A stretch of 64,000 nt of DNA from the NCBI GenBank assembly GCA_965235115.1, contig OZ249447.1:6324001-6388000 (forward strand). The letters are read 5' to 3'. Both the position numbers and the translations under genes were made by a program. Positions 45,567 to 59,221 of the stretch are shown here, piece by piece. A model generated the notes under the pieces. The model had not been told where the DNA came from. It ran no database searches and was given only the letters and a program-made list of their open reading frames with translations. The DNA comes from Laetmonice hystrix. Taxonomy: Eukaryota. The first letter of the stretch is position 1, and the number at the start of each line of letters is the position of its first letter.

Positions 45567-48500
45567 TTATAAACTCTGAAGGACTTCGTCTGTCAGAAAT
45601 CTGTAGAAAGAGTTTTGAGATGAAAACAGAAAGAAGCAATTACTGATTCCTCTATGATGCATAAGGAGACTGTTTTGAACTGGATCCCGTTACTGGAGGT
45701 TGAAGTTAGCATTGAAACAGGACTCGGAAAGACGTTCCAGACTGTAGAATATCACACTACCGACTGCAGACGGTTGCTACAAACACTCGCCTTAGTGCAT
45801 CATTAGCCAGAAGACGTTGAGAGTCTCGCGAGTTATAATTTGGAATTTTACCCAACACATGAATTCGTCTCGTCAACCTTAACGAGCTCCGACCCCTACG
45901 ATAGCTTCGACCTCAGTATCGGGAATAAGTTTGGAAGTCTACCGCCAAGTTTTATTTACAAGTTTCTGTATACAGAGAGGAAGAAATTAACATGCAGCTG
46001 TGGTATCTGGTGTCTCTTGTCTCTTGATGCCATGGATGGAGAGTGGTTTTTATAAAAAGAAGACGCCCAGATCGCTTCACTCTGTTTTATGCTGGGAAGT
46101 ATCAGATATTTATAAAGGCCCGTCTGTCATACATTCTCCTAGATGTCATGTTGTAGCAGCTGGAGTAGAATTAAACGACATGAACCAGATGTAACTGGGT
46201 AGCAGTCATAATTACTTCAAAATAGTAATGTGGAAATTCATTGCTTCAGCTCAACCAAAGGTTCTCGCTGCTGAAAAAAAAAGTTTGAATGTTATGAATA
46301 ATCAAGGTTTTCTTTTTACTTTGTATTACCTAAACAAAGCACATAGATATCCCGGCTGGAGAAATGTATAAAACAACCAAAACTGGCTTCGGCATAAAGA
46401 ATATATTTTACTGACTCAAATTGTCCCTGACCCAGAACTGCCACTGCTGTGAGTATTCAACGTTGCCGTATTTGAGGTAACCTGTACGGGTGTTGGCAGC
46501 CCGGGGGCTGGGGTACGAGTAAAGGGGTGGGGGTAACTTACCCCACCAGGTGGCCTGCTGACGTCTGACCCGAGCTGACAGGGGTAGTATCTGTACCATG
46601 GCGGCGTGTGCCCAGCTCAGGGCGCACGTGGCGCCCGGGGGCCAGCTGATGACTGGGTACAAAGGGCACATTGTAACCGGCATCTTGTGTGAACCTCATC
46701 AGAAACACATTGATCATGGTTTGTTATGATATGTGGGAGTTCTGGGGGAAGCGTACAGGTTTCAGTGTGATATGTCATCTCAAATTACAGCTTACTTTAT
46801 ACTAAAACCATAATATCACTATATTATCAGGCCGATAAGCATTTAGAAACTGGTTTGCCTACAATTCTCCCCTATATTTAAGTTTTTCCGAATCCTTTGA
46901 AATTCGGGCGATAAATACCTAATGTAGGCAACACAAGTATAAAATTGTTGTAACGAAATTAACTTTCCAGCTGACTTAACTTGAATCACATGAGAAAGGT
47001 GGCATTGTTGATTTAATTTTCCATTCAGGCAACCACAGCTGTGGTTCGGCGTAAGGATGACATATCATTGGCTAACACCTGTGGGGCCCAGATAACGGTA
47101 CATGGCAGGTGACAGAAAATTCTAACAATCACGTATTGTCACAACTGTACAGACCGTCTCTCTCAGGTCTTCTCTATTTAATGCATTCATTTATTTATTT
47201 ACCGTTTAATGTTTTTTTAACTGGAGGACGTTTTATAATTGACGATGATGTAAGGAACAGATGTTGGACATAGCCCGGAGAGGCAAGGACCTGAGACAGC
47301 TGCCTGAACCAATGGACCAGGAGACGCAGGGCACTCCTTGTTTGATACAGAGTACTGCATGGATGGGGACACCCCCTCCAGCCACCTCCTTACAACATGG
47401 TGATGTCAGCAAAGTTCTACTCTTATCACCAATTCCATTTTTTAAAGGGGCTTCCTCCTTCGATATATAAAAGTACTATGTACATGGCACGGTATACATT
47501 TCACCATATTCTAAAGATTTCTTGGCCTGAAATACTTGTCAACATAGTTCATATGGTGCAATATTTCACTTGATGTGATTTAGGTGGTTTGGGTTGTGAA
47601 ACTACCTATACCTACCATTATTTATCGTAGTAAAGTCCAAGTCGCACATGTCCATACGACCAGCAAGTGGTGAAGTTAATTGGTGGTGATGTATGATTGT
47701 GACGCCAGGTGGCGGAGTGGATGTACCGTCTGGTTCTGGCCGTCACTCGGACCGCCCGGAGGTGATGACATCAAAGACGGGCTCCGGCTGGTTCCTTGAG
47801 GTCACAGACAGTTAGGTCTGATTCTGCCCCAAGGCCATCACAAGGACAGCAATCTCTGACCTAGCAATGGTTCGTCTGAGTTTGTTTATGTGGCTATAAA
47901 ATAGTAAAGACTTTGATATGAGTGGGAATGTCCCAGGGGACTGGAAGACTCTTCGTGGTCTTTGGTTAATCTTGAGTTTTTCCAGAAACCGGACCATGAT
48001 CTCTATCCATGAAGATCTTATCTTGTGATTTTTAGCATTTGCTTTATTCTTTTTATTTTTCTGTGGAACAGTGTTTATTTAAATATGGACGAAAAGGAAC
48101 CAATAAACCTTGTAGAAAGATTCTATTTATCAACAAACATATAATTTATAAAAGTTAGATGATATCAGAGAAAGTATATAATCGGCTGTAAAATGACTGG
48201 AGATACAAATGCCCTTACTTGCTACAGTACCATGGGTTCAGAATGTATTTATAAATGCCGGTGAAAGTTTCAATCGGAGAAAGTCGCAGGGTCCTTATAT
48301 TCAGGTTAAGGAAGTTATCATTTAAATACACAAACACAGCCACAACAACATTACATTCTCTTGAAAGTTTTGATGTGGACACTGAGGTGCTAGATTCGTA
48401 AAATTGTAGCACAAAATTGTAGTCTATACAATCGCAATGTCAGAACTACGTCACAGCTGACCCGAACACGTCACCAAGTAACTGTACGGAGAATTTAACA

Positions 48501-51344
48501 GTTAACAACATTTAACAACATTTCCGTTACAAAATGGTGAATACTGGTGAGACTGGTGTCGAGGGCCAGCTGGTGGTAGATATGCTGACATTATTAACAG
48601 TAAGTTGTGCCCTCGGGAGGTCCCGTTTATATTGTCGTCGCCTCCATCCACTCTAATGAAAACCTAACCAGATGACGGAAGATGAAAAGGAGGATGGTAT
48701 TATGTCATTAACATATTGTGACCTGGCCTCTGACCTAGTTCTGCGTCTGGTTGTGGTTCCCATGGATCAGATTCAGGCGACTTTCAAGAGGGTATAATTT
48801 TTGCAGTATGATCTATTCATGTTTCAAGGGTTATATCCAAAAATACGAACAAAATAAACAAAAAAAAGGAAATTGGTCATTGACGTTGTAACATAGACAA
48901 GAACAAAAGAAAGGTTTCATCAAGATTAGAGAAAATGGTCCAGAACAGTGAGGTCAGAAATAGAATTAGGTCAGGGTGACCCTGGGGGTTGGGAGTTTGG
49001 GGGTTCTGTCATAACCCTGATCTATGTGAGATCAACCCATGCCTCACCCATACCGCACCCGCCCAGTCGTTTGGCCCCGGGGCACGACCATAAATAGGTT
49101 ATTGAAGACGAAACAATTAAGTTGCCCAAAAGAGGTCATCGGCAATTGTTCCCGTGTCACCATAACTGTAGATTGAAAAGATCAGAAAAGTTATAGCTAC
49201 GCCCAGAGAAATTTGTACAGTTTTCTGTGTATTACGACGGTAAACCTTTAAAAGTATACTATTTAGGTCCACTTTACATTGTGAAACCAAGGCCGTTGCT
49301 GCTGAATTTCTTTGTTTAAAGTAAAACAATGGACGATTCTACGCTTCTGTTGTCCACAAAGGACATAAAGGGCAGCGCCTGGCGGTGAATGCAGCATTGT
49401 CCTTGGTCACACTCGTTGTACCATTGTAAAAGAAGTGGATCATGTGAAACCCTTGGCACTGACTGGGTTACACGTTATTACATCGAGAGGGTTGCCGCTA
49501 CACAAAACTAACTCACGGACCGAGCCACAGACAGTAGGGGCCTGGCCATCAGCTCGGCTCGGTTTTTCTAAACCTAAGTTCTTGCTTAAGTTAAGCTTAA
49601 CGCTTCCGATTGGCTGGTCTCCGGGGGAAAGAACGGAGCCAGGATTGTCGTATGGACATGGATCAAAACGGTCCCATCCAGTCAGTGCAATCATGAAGTC
49701 TGGAACTCAGGGTTACGGTGACATTCCCACGGAAGTGTGGTAGGGGTAAGGGGTACACGTATAGGCGTAAGCATTTTAGGGAGAAGTCAGGGCTATAATC
49801 ACCTTTTTTGACCTGTTTCATCACCTCTGGCTCTGGAGGTGTGGTTTATGTGCTATGAAACGGAGTAACTGTACCAACAAACGTCCATTAAAACCCTGTA
49901 TATGATGTATGGATCGAGTGCTGTAGGAACCCTTTCACCGGAGACTGTGTTTGCCGCCTGTCAGGGTGGCATGGATTCTGACCTGGAGGTCATTGAGTAC
50001 AGAACGACCCTCGGTGGGCCAGGTTAACGATTGCTTGGTTATGGTGGCGGAGCCGTTTGTTGTCTGTCAGGGTCGATCAGTCTCATCCTACGGTCTGAGT
50101 GACTGACCGGTGGTCAAGGGTGTCCAGTCTAGGTGGGTGGTGACCAAGGGTTCAGGATGTATTCAGATCTCAGAACGGTTCCTCTCCTCTTCCTTGACAT
50201 CCATTCTCACCCATGGCCAGGTTTATTGGGCTGCCATTATTCCAACATTACTCTGATTCGCCTCACCTCTACTTTAATACGCCAGGCTGGGGAAGTATAA
50301 TAGCCAGTAGGTGGGGCACGTCCTGTAACACAGGAAGGCACGTCGGAGTGCATGGCTCCAGGGTGTTGTGGTAGATAGGAACCGTGGTGACGTACTGCTC
50401 TCATCTGTGACGTCACATACGTCATGATTTCTATTTACGTCATGTCCTCGCCCTACGTTACGTCTTTAACGACAGACATTTAGGCCATGATGTTAGTGCC
50501 ACGTTTCCTGGGCACCGTCCGTGGATGAGCAAATGGAAATGATGCCATCTCAAGCAATCATGCTGACTAGATTGCTTTTATTTATATTTATTAATTATAA
50601 ATTTCTATATTTTTTATTTGACATATTTTTTTGGTGGCAGGGGACGTATTGAGTATGTTATTTTAGCACTAGATGTTTCGTTTCACCTGTCTAGTCAAGG
50701 AGAGGATCCACATGGCCCTCAATTTCGTTTGCTCCATCGATTCTTACTGAGAAACGAAACTGGTGCACTGCATACAGTCAGAGGCCAAGGATCCGACAGT
50801 AGACACACACATGTACCTGCCCTGCTGTCAGGAAACGACATAGAAAGTGAGATTAGAGATTCACCTTGTGTTGTAGGAACCTTGCCATTGTTTCAGTTCA
50901 GGCAGCTGTGGCTTGGAAAAACAGAAAATGAATAAATGCATTGGTAAGCGCACACCAATCTGTCAAGGAATAACAATATTTACAATGTCTGAGACAAAAC
51001 GATATTGAAGAGGCGGCCTCCCAGAGGGCTTTAACAACAGACCACCGTCCTGGGTGGCAGTTTCCCAGGCCTTGTCTGTTGGAAATCAACCCCAATGTTA
51101 GCAAAATATTACTCTTGTGGGGCAAGCAGTCAGACTGGCGGAGTCGTCACCAGGCGCGGTATTGTTATCCATTACAGTGACTGTTGGAGGAGCGATAGAA
51201 ATGGTTACGTACAGGCGTATTGCCCTTGTGAGACGGAATATTGTACTGTAACAGTGCGGCGTGTACGCCCCTTTATTAGATATGGACTCAGTTCTTTATA
51301 AAAACCTCTTCAGATCTTGGCTCGGCAAGATCTGTACACACCTG

Positions 51345-51520
51345 GCCCTGGTTTTTAGTTTGCAAACCAAATCTTAAGATTCAAATCTTAAGACTGAACT
51401 CTTGTTTCAGAGCTTCTGATTGGTCCTTCAAATGAAGTCAGCCAATGAGGGACCATAATACAAGTCGGTCTTAAAATTTCAGTCATAAGATTGGTAAAAT
51501 GACGAACTAAAAACCGGGGC
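51345..51520. mobile_element. MITE, Harbinger-like, 176 bp
   Basis: 18-bp TIRs GCCCTGGTTTTTAGTTTG / GCCCCGGTTTTTAGTTCG (16/18), a 3-bp TSD CTG (51342-51344, 51521-51523) and internal TCTTAAGA-type repeats. Confidence 0.75.
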
Positions 51521-52352
51521 CTGGGCCTAGAGTTTGCTACTTTCACTGCTGCTCCTACAGTTTTGGAGTTTAAAAATGTCGGAGATATGTGAGTGAGTGA
51601 TAAAGCAGTGAATACGTTACTGTCCCTGAACTTCGGGTTGTTACCGAGAGGGCAATCTCTGCCAAGGTTTTAAAGAATATATGAAAGCGGTCATAACATA
51701 GTCTCACCTGCAGAGTGGGTTTGGCCTGAATATAACGCACATACCAAGAAATGCTATGCACAAAGATAAATTGATCATGCAACAATTTTGTCACGTTTTT
51801 GTAAGATAACTTAGAATTTGATCTTCGAAAAAGTATTTGAGTTGGCACCACAGCCGCCCTGCCAGGTGAGGAAAGAAATCTTAGATCCTATAAAGCAGGA
51901 TCAAAAACACCTCGCGTAAAGGCACCTAAACACTACCCACATGACGCTAATTCGTTCAAACCCAGAAGATTTTTTTTCTTTCTTCTCCATCATTGGCATG
52001 TGTGATGTTCCCTTGGTGAGTTTACCTCTGGCCCGCTGCAGTCACGAGTCCGATAAAACCGGAGATAAGGACGGTTCACTCGCCAGGCGGCGCTGCTCAG
52101 AACTTGATCCGCTGGGATAGGGAGACGGACACGTAACAGCTGGCCAGCTGCTGGTAGTACAGCTGCTGATAAATCCGACCCAATCCTAGGGAGTTGGTTC
52201 TCCCGACAGATGCGTCCCTGACCCACTCGGTACAGAGCCGTGGGTATAAAGTGTTTTGTTGAATGACTCCGACTGGTCTCGACCCCCTGCCCGCCCCTCA
52301 GTTTCATCCAGGATGATTGGGATGGATCAGGATTCGTAAGACGCCGACCTGT

Positions 52353-52500
52353 AGTGCTGTCTATCAGTGGTCCAGTGTGCCCCAGTGTGACCGCTGACGG
52401 TGTATCAGAGTGCTGTCTATCAGTGGTCACATCACAGACTGTGCTCCAGTGTGACCGCTGACGGTGTATAGTGTGCCGTCTATCAGTGGTCACATCACTG
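52353..52500. repeat. Irregular tandem repeat, ~2.5 copies of a ~56-64-bp unit
   Basis: GTGC(T/C)GTCTATCAGTGGT occurs three times and CCAGTGTGACCGCTGACGGTGTAT twice. Confidence 0.75.
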
Positions 52501-55500
52501 GTGACCGGACAGACTGGTGACCGGGAACTGGGACGTTCAAGACGTTCATATACCAGCTCGGTGATGATGATGGTGGCGATGATGATGATGATATACGCCA
52601 GGTGTTAATCGATGCATGGAACTGTGTCTGCCAGCCAGTCGCCCTGCCGCCGGTGTGTGTAAGTATGTTAGCTTTAGCTTGATTGGATCGGTCTCCGCTC
52701 ACAATGTGTGGCTGCAACGTTTCTAGGTGAAGATGGGCCTGGAGAGAAAATGGCTGGTCTTGCAGGTAGGCATGAGGGGCGTGGTTGACTAGGGGAATCC
52801 TTGGTGACACGATTGACCTTGGTTGACCGTTACCTAAGTGGCATAGGCGACAAATACAGGTTCTAGCTGATAAGGTTGTCTTAAAAACATTTGCAAGTAT
52901 GTTCCCACCTTGAAATTTTGTTAAAATCTATTCTATTGGCGCGTTGCGTGGATTATTTCGTCGTGACTGAAACAGCCTCAGAGGTAAGTGTTACTTACCC
53001 CCGGGTAGGTCGGATGGGACACCCCTCAGCTCCAGGTAGAGGGAGGGGTATTCATCCCTGCCAGGTATGATCCATGGCGAGGGTAGATTGGGGTTGAGAG
53101 AAGGGTGCGTTAGGAAGGGTGCCCTGACACGGAATCTAATCTGTTACCAATCAACCAACCCGGCGGGGGCAGAGGCTGTCCCAACCCCCTACACTGGAGA
53201 AACACGGAAATTCCCCCCCCCCCTTAGAGAAGTTTTTTTTTCTTCCAAGGATAGTAACATTCAATCGTCATGAAGGATGGGACGGCTCATATAATTACCA
53301 TGAATCACCTGTAAAATATTTCCTGGAAAGTTTTTTTCCTCACTGGATTGTATCTATCACGTAGGGCAACCTTTCCCTCTTCATAAATAATGACCCATCG
53401 GTGATGTGTGAACCCAAGTCTTCATGTTGCTTCAACCCATGTCGGCTTTTTTTGTGTTGTTTGTTAAATAAATTCTTGTAGAGATCCATTTTTCCTTTGC
53501 GAACTGAACCCAGAAAAATACTTTCCAGTCTCTAGCAGAACGTTTCTAAGATACATAGGTGAGAGAGGTGAGGTGATGTGAGCGGGAAGGACGTGCAGTG
53601 TTCACATGTGGGTCCCAGGTGACCCACCGGTGGCCCACTAATTTGGAGATCATCTACAGAGTGATCCCTCATTCGGTTAACCTTCTCTAGCAGGCTATTG
53701 GCAACTGATTTATGGGGTTTGGATACCATTATACAGTTTCCATGGGCCTTGTCAGCACATTGCAGACTTTGCTAAACGTAGCATATGCAACTTATAGGAG
53801 CAAGATGTTTAAAGTATATCTAGGTTAATTACATGTGCGTCCTTCTCTAAGGAGAAAAATTTTCGAGTTGGAGGCAAACGAATACAAATAACATGATGCG
53901 CCCCAAAATAATGTTTGCTGCCCAGAAAGAGTCTGCAGAGATTAAAAAAGTCTCCGGGATGCCCTGAGTACTTTTCGTACATGTTTCTAAATGTGATTGA
54001 GCATACAGAATACTATCCCCAGCGACATGAAGTCATCTACTACCCGGGAGAGCAGAGAGAGTGTTTGCATGATACAGCAGGATCCAATTTGAGGGTGTGG
54101 TGATTGAATGAAGGACCGGAAACCACGTTTGAGGGTTTGGTGTTTTACCCCTACAGCCGGACCCCATCACGCGGGGTGTTCCAAGGCTGGCAGAGGGAGT
54201 GTTGGCGTGGGGGGATCATTAAATAGGCATAGTTGTAGCCAGAACCACCGGAGAGGATAGCATCACCCCTCAGTGCCCTGCTGCTGGTCCTCACCCCCAC
54301 CCCCCTCACCCCAGCCCTCCCTGAGGACTCCCTAATTTCGAAGGCCCACTTCTTCCATATGGCACCAATGGTGTGGAAGCAACCAGTTCTTGGGTACATG
54401 TGCTTGGGTTTGCTTGTTGCTGCAAGGTACAGCGCTCATGTTAGGATGTCGCCGCCCAGAGCAGTCTGACCCTTTAGTAAACGGGACGGACAGCCAAGAC
54501 TGACATGATGACGGTCTCTATGTATCGGAGATAAAGAGAACACCTGCCATGGTTTGTGTGGAGGACAGGAACCGACCAGCAGGGGACCAGAGACACTGAA
54601 AGCACCTCCGGCCGGCCACTACACTAGTCAGCAGGTGCGCGCTCACAGCCAACTTTGTCAAATCAAGCTGGTCGGCTTCTTCTTCCTCTTCTTTCTCATC
54701 CAAGTTTTCCTTTGTTGAAGTTGGACACTCCTGGAGTGCCGATCGTAACCCTGCTGGTCCATCTCGCCTTCAGGCTGCTGGCCGCAGCTGGAGCTGGAGC
54801 TGGAGCGGCCACCAGTATATCTCCAGAGAAGTCAGTGTATAACTTGTGCTGACTTCATCCAAAGAGCATGATCATCACATGGAGGTGCTGCTGAAGGCTC
54901 CAGACCAGTGTCGAGATGGGAATTCGGTGACCCCCCTCGTCCCAGGCGGCAGTGTTCGCGGCCAGGAGTCTGGATGGAATACCGCCGCTGGAGGTTGCTT
55001 GGATACATCATACCGGTGCAGGATATATACCAAACCACTTCCGTTACCCCAGGAACTCTGGAATTCCTCTCCAACGTTTTTTCTTCCAACTACCCATATT
55101 TCTCACGCCTCCATCGTTATGTAACATAAAAACTGAGCAAGAAGACATTATTTGGGCGATGCAAGGGAAGCTGGAACTCGGAAGGATTTGTTAGGGACTG
55201 AGAGAGTACATCAATAAGCTGGATACTGGCATTCAGAGCTTATTTGTAAAATAGCAATGGCACATGGGATTTGGATGTTGCTAGCATAGGAACCCACTTC
55301 CTGTATCCCTTGGGGAGGAAGATAAGGGCTGGCACCTATCCAAGTTATCAACTACTGGCTACCGACTGCTGCCACTTCTCTCAGCAAGTCCATCGCCCTC
55401 CAGCAGATAGTGACCGGGGTTGTCTGCGGGACGGCCGGTGGGGTTGGGTATTCGTGGGCGCGGTGGGCAGAAGGAGGGTTGAGGATTTGTGGGCTCCAAG

Positions 55501-56011
55501 TTCCCAACCCTGGAGGTCAGCGCAGACATTATCACCAATTTGTGCGTCAATTCTATCCGGCCTGGCTGCCCCGGCCGACCAATCTGAGCCAATCGGATAG
55601 ACCCGAACAGGACGTGACAGCAGGCACAGGCTGGGATTATCGATAACTAAGACTGAGAGATTCCACAGACTTGTCTATGTAATTGGGTTCGTGCACATGT
55701 AAACAATGTCATATAATTACCAGAAGAAAGTCGTGCATGTTGGAGCGAAACGCTAGGATACAGAGAGAGGGAGTAAGTGGGGAAGCGTCGCCCTAATTGA
55801 CCCAGCGCAGATATAATTGGATCCATCTTTTGCTGTCGTGTAGGAGGAGCATGGCTGCCTCTGATTTTATGGATGGGTATGAGAGCGTGGCCAGGACACG
55901 TTGGGTGAGGGATTGAATCCGCGTGTCTGGTAGGGCTACGGGTTTGCACGGTAGTTGTCCCAGGGTTCCATACTTAGGGTTTCATGGATTTTTCCTAGAC
56001 TGGCCCCACTT

Positions 56012-56379
56012 TGGCCAGGCCACTAGCTGACCGTTGTATGTATGTATCAACTATACCAACATGGCCGTGTCACAAGCTGACCGTTGTATGTATGTATCAA
56101 CTATACCAACATGGCCGTGTCACAAGCTGACCGTTGTATGTATGTATCAACTATACCAACATGGCCGTGTCACAAGCTGACCGTTGTATGTATGTATCAA
56201 CTATACCAACATGGCCAGGCCACTAGCTGACCGTTGTATGTATGTATCAACTATACCAACATGGCCAGGCCACTAGCTGACCGTTGTATGTATGTATCAA
56301 CTATACCAACATGGCCAGGCCACAAGCTGACCGTTGTATGTATGTATCAACTATACCAACATGGCCATGTCACAAGCCA
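56012..56379. repeat. Minisatellite, 50-bp unit, ~7 copies
   Basis: AGCTGACCGTTGTATGTATGTATCAACTATACCAACATGGCCGTGTCACA with period 50. Confidence 0.95.
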
Positions 56380-56523
56380 GCTAATAGCGGCTGGTAGAGG
56401 AAATTAACTGCCATATCATGGACTCATAAACTGTCTATGGTAACAGGCGCCCCCAGCTCCCCCAGATGTATTTGGCATATAAAAGTGGCCTCAGAGCTAT
56501 CATTCACTTGGGTGGTCGCATCT

Positions 56524-56635
56524 TAAACCTTACAACGGTTAGGTTAGCATGAACGTTTAATAAACCTTACAACGGTTAGGTTAGCATGAACGTTTAATAA
56601 ACCTTACAACGGTTAGGTTAGCATGAACGTTTAAT
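56524..56635. repeat. Tandem repeat, 37-bp unit, 3 copies
   Basis: TAAACCTTACAACGGTTAGGTTAGCATGAACGTTTAA x3. Confidence 0.9.
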
Positions 56636-57119
56636 ACACGTTTTAGAACTGTTGTAACGAAGGAGTGAAACGTGTGTATGACGTTTTATTTGCCGCGGGT
56701 AAAGTTATTTGTTTATTGAGAAGATAATTAGTTTTCTGGACTGAAGTGTGTTGGAGTAATAGTGACGGATAGGATCAGTGACATGTTAACCATGTCCTCA
56801 GGGTTTCCTAATTGGTTACTTCACGACAGGATTCAATCAATCCCGTATCAGGAGGAGTGGAACAGGATGGCGGGAAGCCGTGCTAATATGTCATTCTCAG
56901 ATTGGCGCTAGCCATGGAGTAAGCCATCTGAAAGTATTAATATGCCAGAACGGATCGCAGTGTAAATATAGTACCGTTACCAGTGTCAATATCCCGCCCG
57001 TTTACAGTGAAATGGTAATTTACTGTAGCTAGAAGGGTAGGAAGTGAGTAAGAAAATGAAAAGGAATCCCGAATATTCCTGGGGTCTCTTACTTTAGAAG
57101 TGAAAATGATGGACCTTTT

Positions 57120-57667
57120 TTAAAACAGGAAGCGGTGATTGAGTTTAAAGGAGTTCGTCTCTGCTCCATTCAGTAGTGGTGTGGTGTTAGATAGTGTGGT
57201 GTTAGATGATGTGGTGTTAGATGGTGTGGTGTTAGATGATGTGGTGTTAGATGATGTGTTAGATGGTGTGGTGCAGGAAGCCATGCTGATAGCGTCCAGG
57301 GCGGCTGGCTTCACACCGTTCAGATACGAGTCCATTATGAATACTCCTATACCTGTCGCTCCTGTCACGTTAGCTGAAGATTAATGTTAGGATTATCAAG
57401 CCCCACCTGTGCGGGGTGAGCCCAGTGGATGGTGGTGTATATAGATGGATTAATGGAGAAACTGTTCACACCAGGAGGGTGTGTGTTCTGGAGGCAGTGA
57501 CTAGTCCCTTGGCGGGAGGAGACAGGAGATCGACTCCAGGCAGTGACAGGCCAGTAATTTAGGTAATTTCTGTCCGCTTGCTGGTACTCCCTGGTCAAAC
57601 ATCGGGCTGGACAGTGGTCAAGCAGCACTAACTGCAGTAGCAGCAGCAGCAGGGGGCATTTGACCAT
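57120..57667 (-). CDS. Candidate two-exon small secreted protein (149 aa), exons 57667-57472 and 57373-57120
   Basis: MVKCPLLLLLLQLVLLDHCPARC resembles a signal peptide. A 98-nt GT-AG intron joins in phase 1 to a Ser/Thr/Asn-rich tail built from a 15-bp repeat. The donor (GTGTGA) is weak and no family is recognised. Confidence 0.25.
57177..57272. repeat. Short tandem repeat, 15-bp unit, ~6 copies
   Basis: GTGGTGTTAGAT(A/G)(G/A)T units, with one shortened by 3 bp. Confidence 0.85.
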
Positions 57668-58978
57668 TTGACGAGAGCACTCGGCCTGCCGCTTCTAAAA
57701 GGTCTAGATGGCCGCTGGTCAAGTGAGTCATTTTGTTCAAGTCAAAGTCAAGAACTGACCACAGGAGGCAGCATGGTCCGGAGCGGTCAGTCGTGTTGTG
57801 AGTGAAGCAGGCAATCAGAAGATGACCTACTGCCCACATGTCCCGCTCCAGAAGTGTGTCACTGAGCCAGGAGACCATTATTGTTAAAACGCCGACCACC
57901 TGGCGGCGGACGGTGGAAGCTGACGACGGTCTGCCCATTGACGAGGCGGGCTCAGATAGAAGGTAGACCCGCGCTGGGCCGGACGAGCACAGACACACTG
58001 CCGCCGCGCACTGCACGTTAAACCACCACCTGAGGACCGTACCACACGGAATGCACACAGACAGCGCCGTACACGTGCATGTGCACTTGGAAGAGAAAGG
58101 CAGCCACATGCATGTACATGCACCATGCATGCACGAACCCCTTCATTCATCCATTCTCTCCTTCTGTCGTTCATTCCACTCAGATCCTGCCGGGAAGCTG
58201 AGTCATCATCATCAGAGTGAGTGAGTGAGTGAGTCCGCAGCGTGCATCAGTCCCGCACGCACGCACGCACTCACACCCACTGACTGAGCGCTGGATTTGT
58301 CAACCTTAACGGCTCCTCCACCATTGTACGGCAATCATCAATGTTATTGCTCATCACCGTTGTGTCATAGCTTTGACTAAATGGAGACAGCAAGCACCGT
58401 CATCGTTCTGTCGAGGTTGAGTGCATTGTTCGGTTTGGATACGCTACACTTGATGGAGTCTACTAGTACAACTACCAGCAGCAGGATACGGCAGCCTGCC
58501 ATCCTTACCGTCCTTACAACTACCTCGGGCCTGGTTGATGGCTGCGCTAGTGGCACACGCTGTTTACATTGACGTTGGGGACTTCATGTCCGCGTGGGAA
58601 GTCGGCATGGCAGAGACAGGGGCCGGCGCGTTTTTATACAGGTTAGTTGTGGCAGACCACACCTTGATTACATTAAAGGGAAAAATATTTATGACTTAAT
58701 ACCACGCCCTGAGGGAAGTTGGTATGTTGGTGTAGTGGACTCACCTGGAGATGAGGATGAGGGGGGTGGAGATATAATGAGGCTTGCCAGGTGCTATATA
58801 CAGTGCACACCTGGGCTACCTTTTAGTGGGCCTAAGTGACGCCCGTCCCATTCAATTTCTCCCAGGCCGGTATGACACACTCTCCTGCAGGTTGAACAAC
58901 AGACAGCCGGCCTGACCCGTATATATGTATAATATGTAAATACCTACTGAAGATATTTAGATATCATAAACAATAGGG

Positions 58979-59221
58979 CATTCTTTATGTATAAACCTAC
59001 TTATACCGTACTGTATGATGCTTTAAAAAACGATATTAGCATTCTTTATGTTTGAACCTACTTATACCGTACCGTATGATGCTTTTAAAAACGATATTAG
59101 CATTCTTTATGTTTGAACCTACTTATACCGTACCGTATGATGCTTTAAAAAACGATATTAGCATTCTTTATGTTTGAACCTACTTATACCGTACCGTATG
59201 ATGCTATAAAAACGATATTAG
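58979..59221. repeat. Minisatellite, 61-bp unit, 4 copies
   Basis: GCATTCTTTATGTTTGAACCTACTTATACCGTACCGTATGATGCTTTAAAAAACGATATTA with period ~61. Confidence 0.93.

Noticed and set aside
47029-47050. 22-nt micro-exon candidate (TTCAG|...|GTAAGG); similar candidates at 5334-5386 (-) and 46542-46683 (-)
   Set aside because: Splice-like signals at this frequency are expected by chance in 64 kb, and I could not chain them into a recognisable protein.
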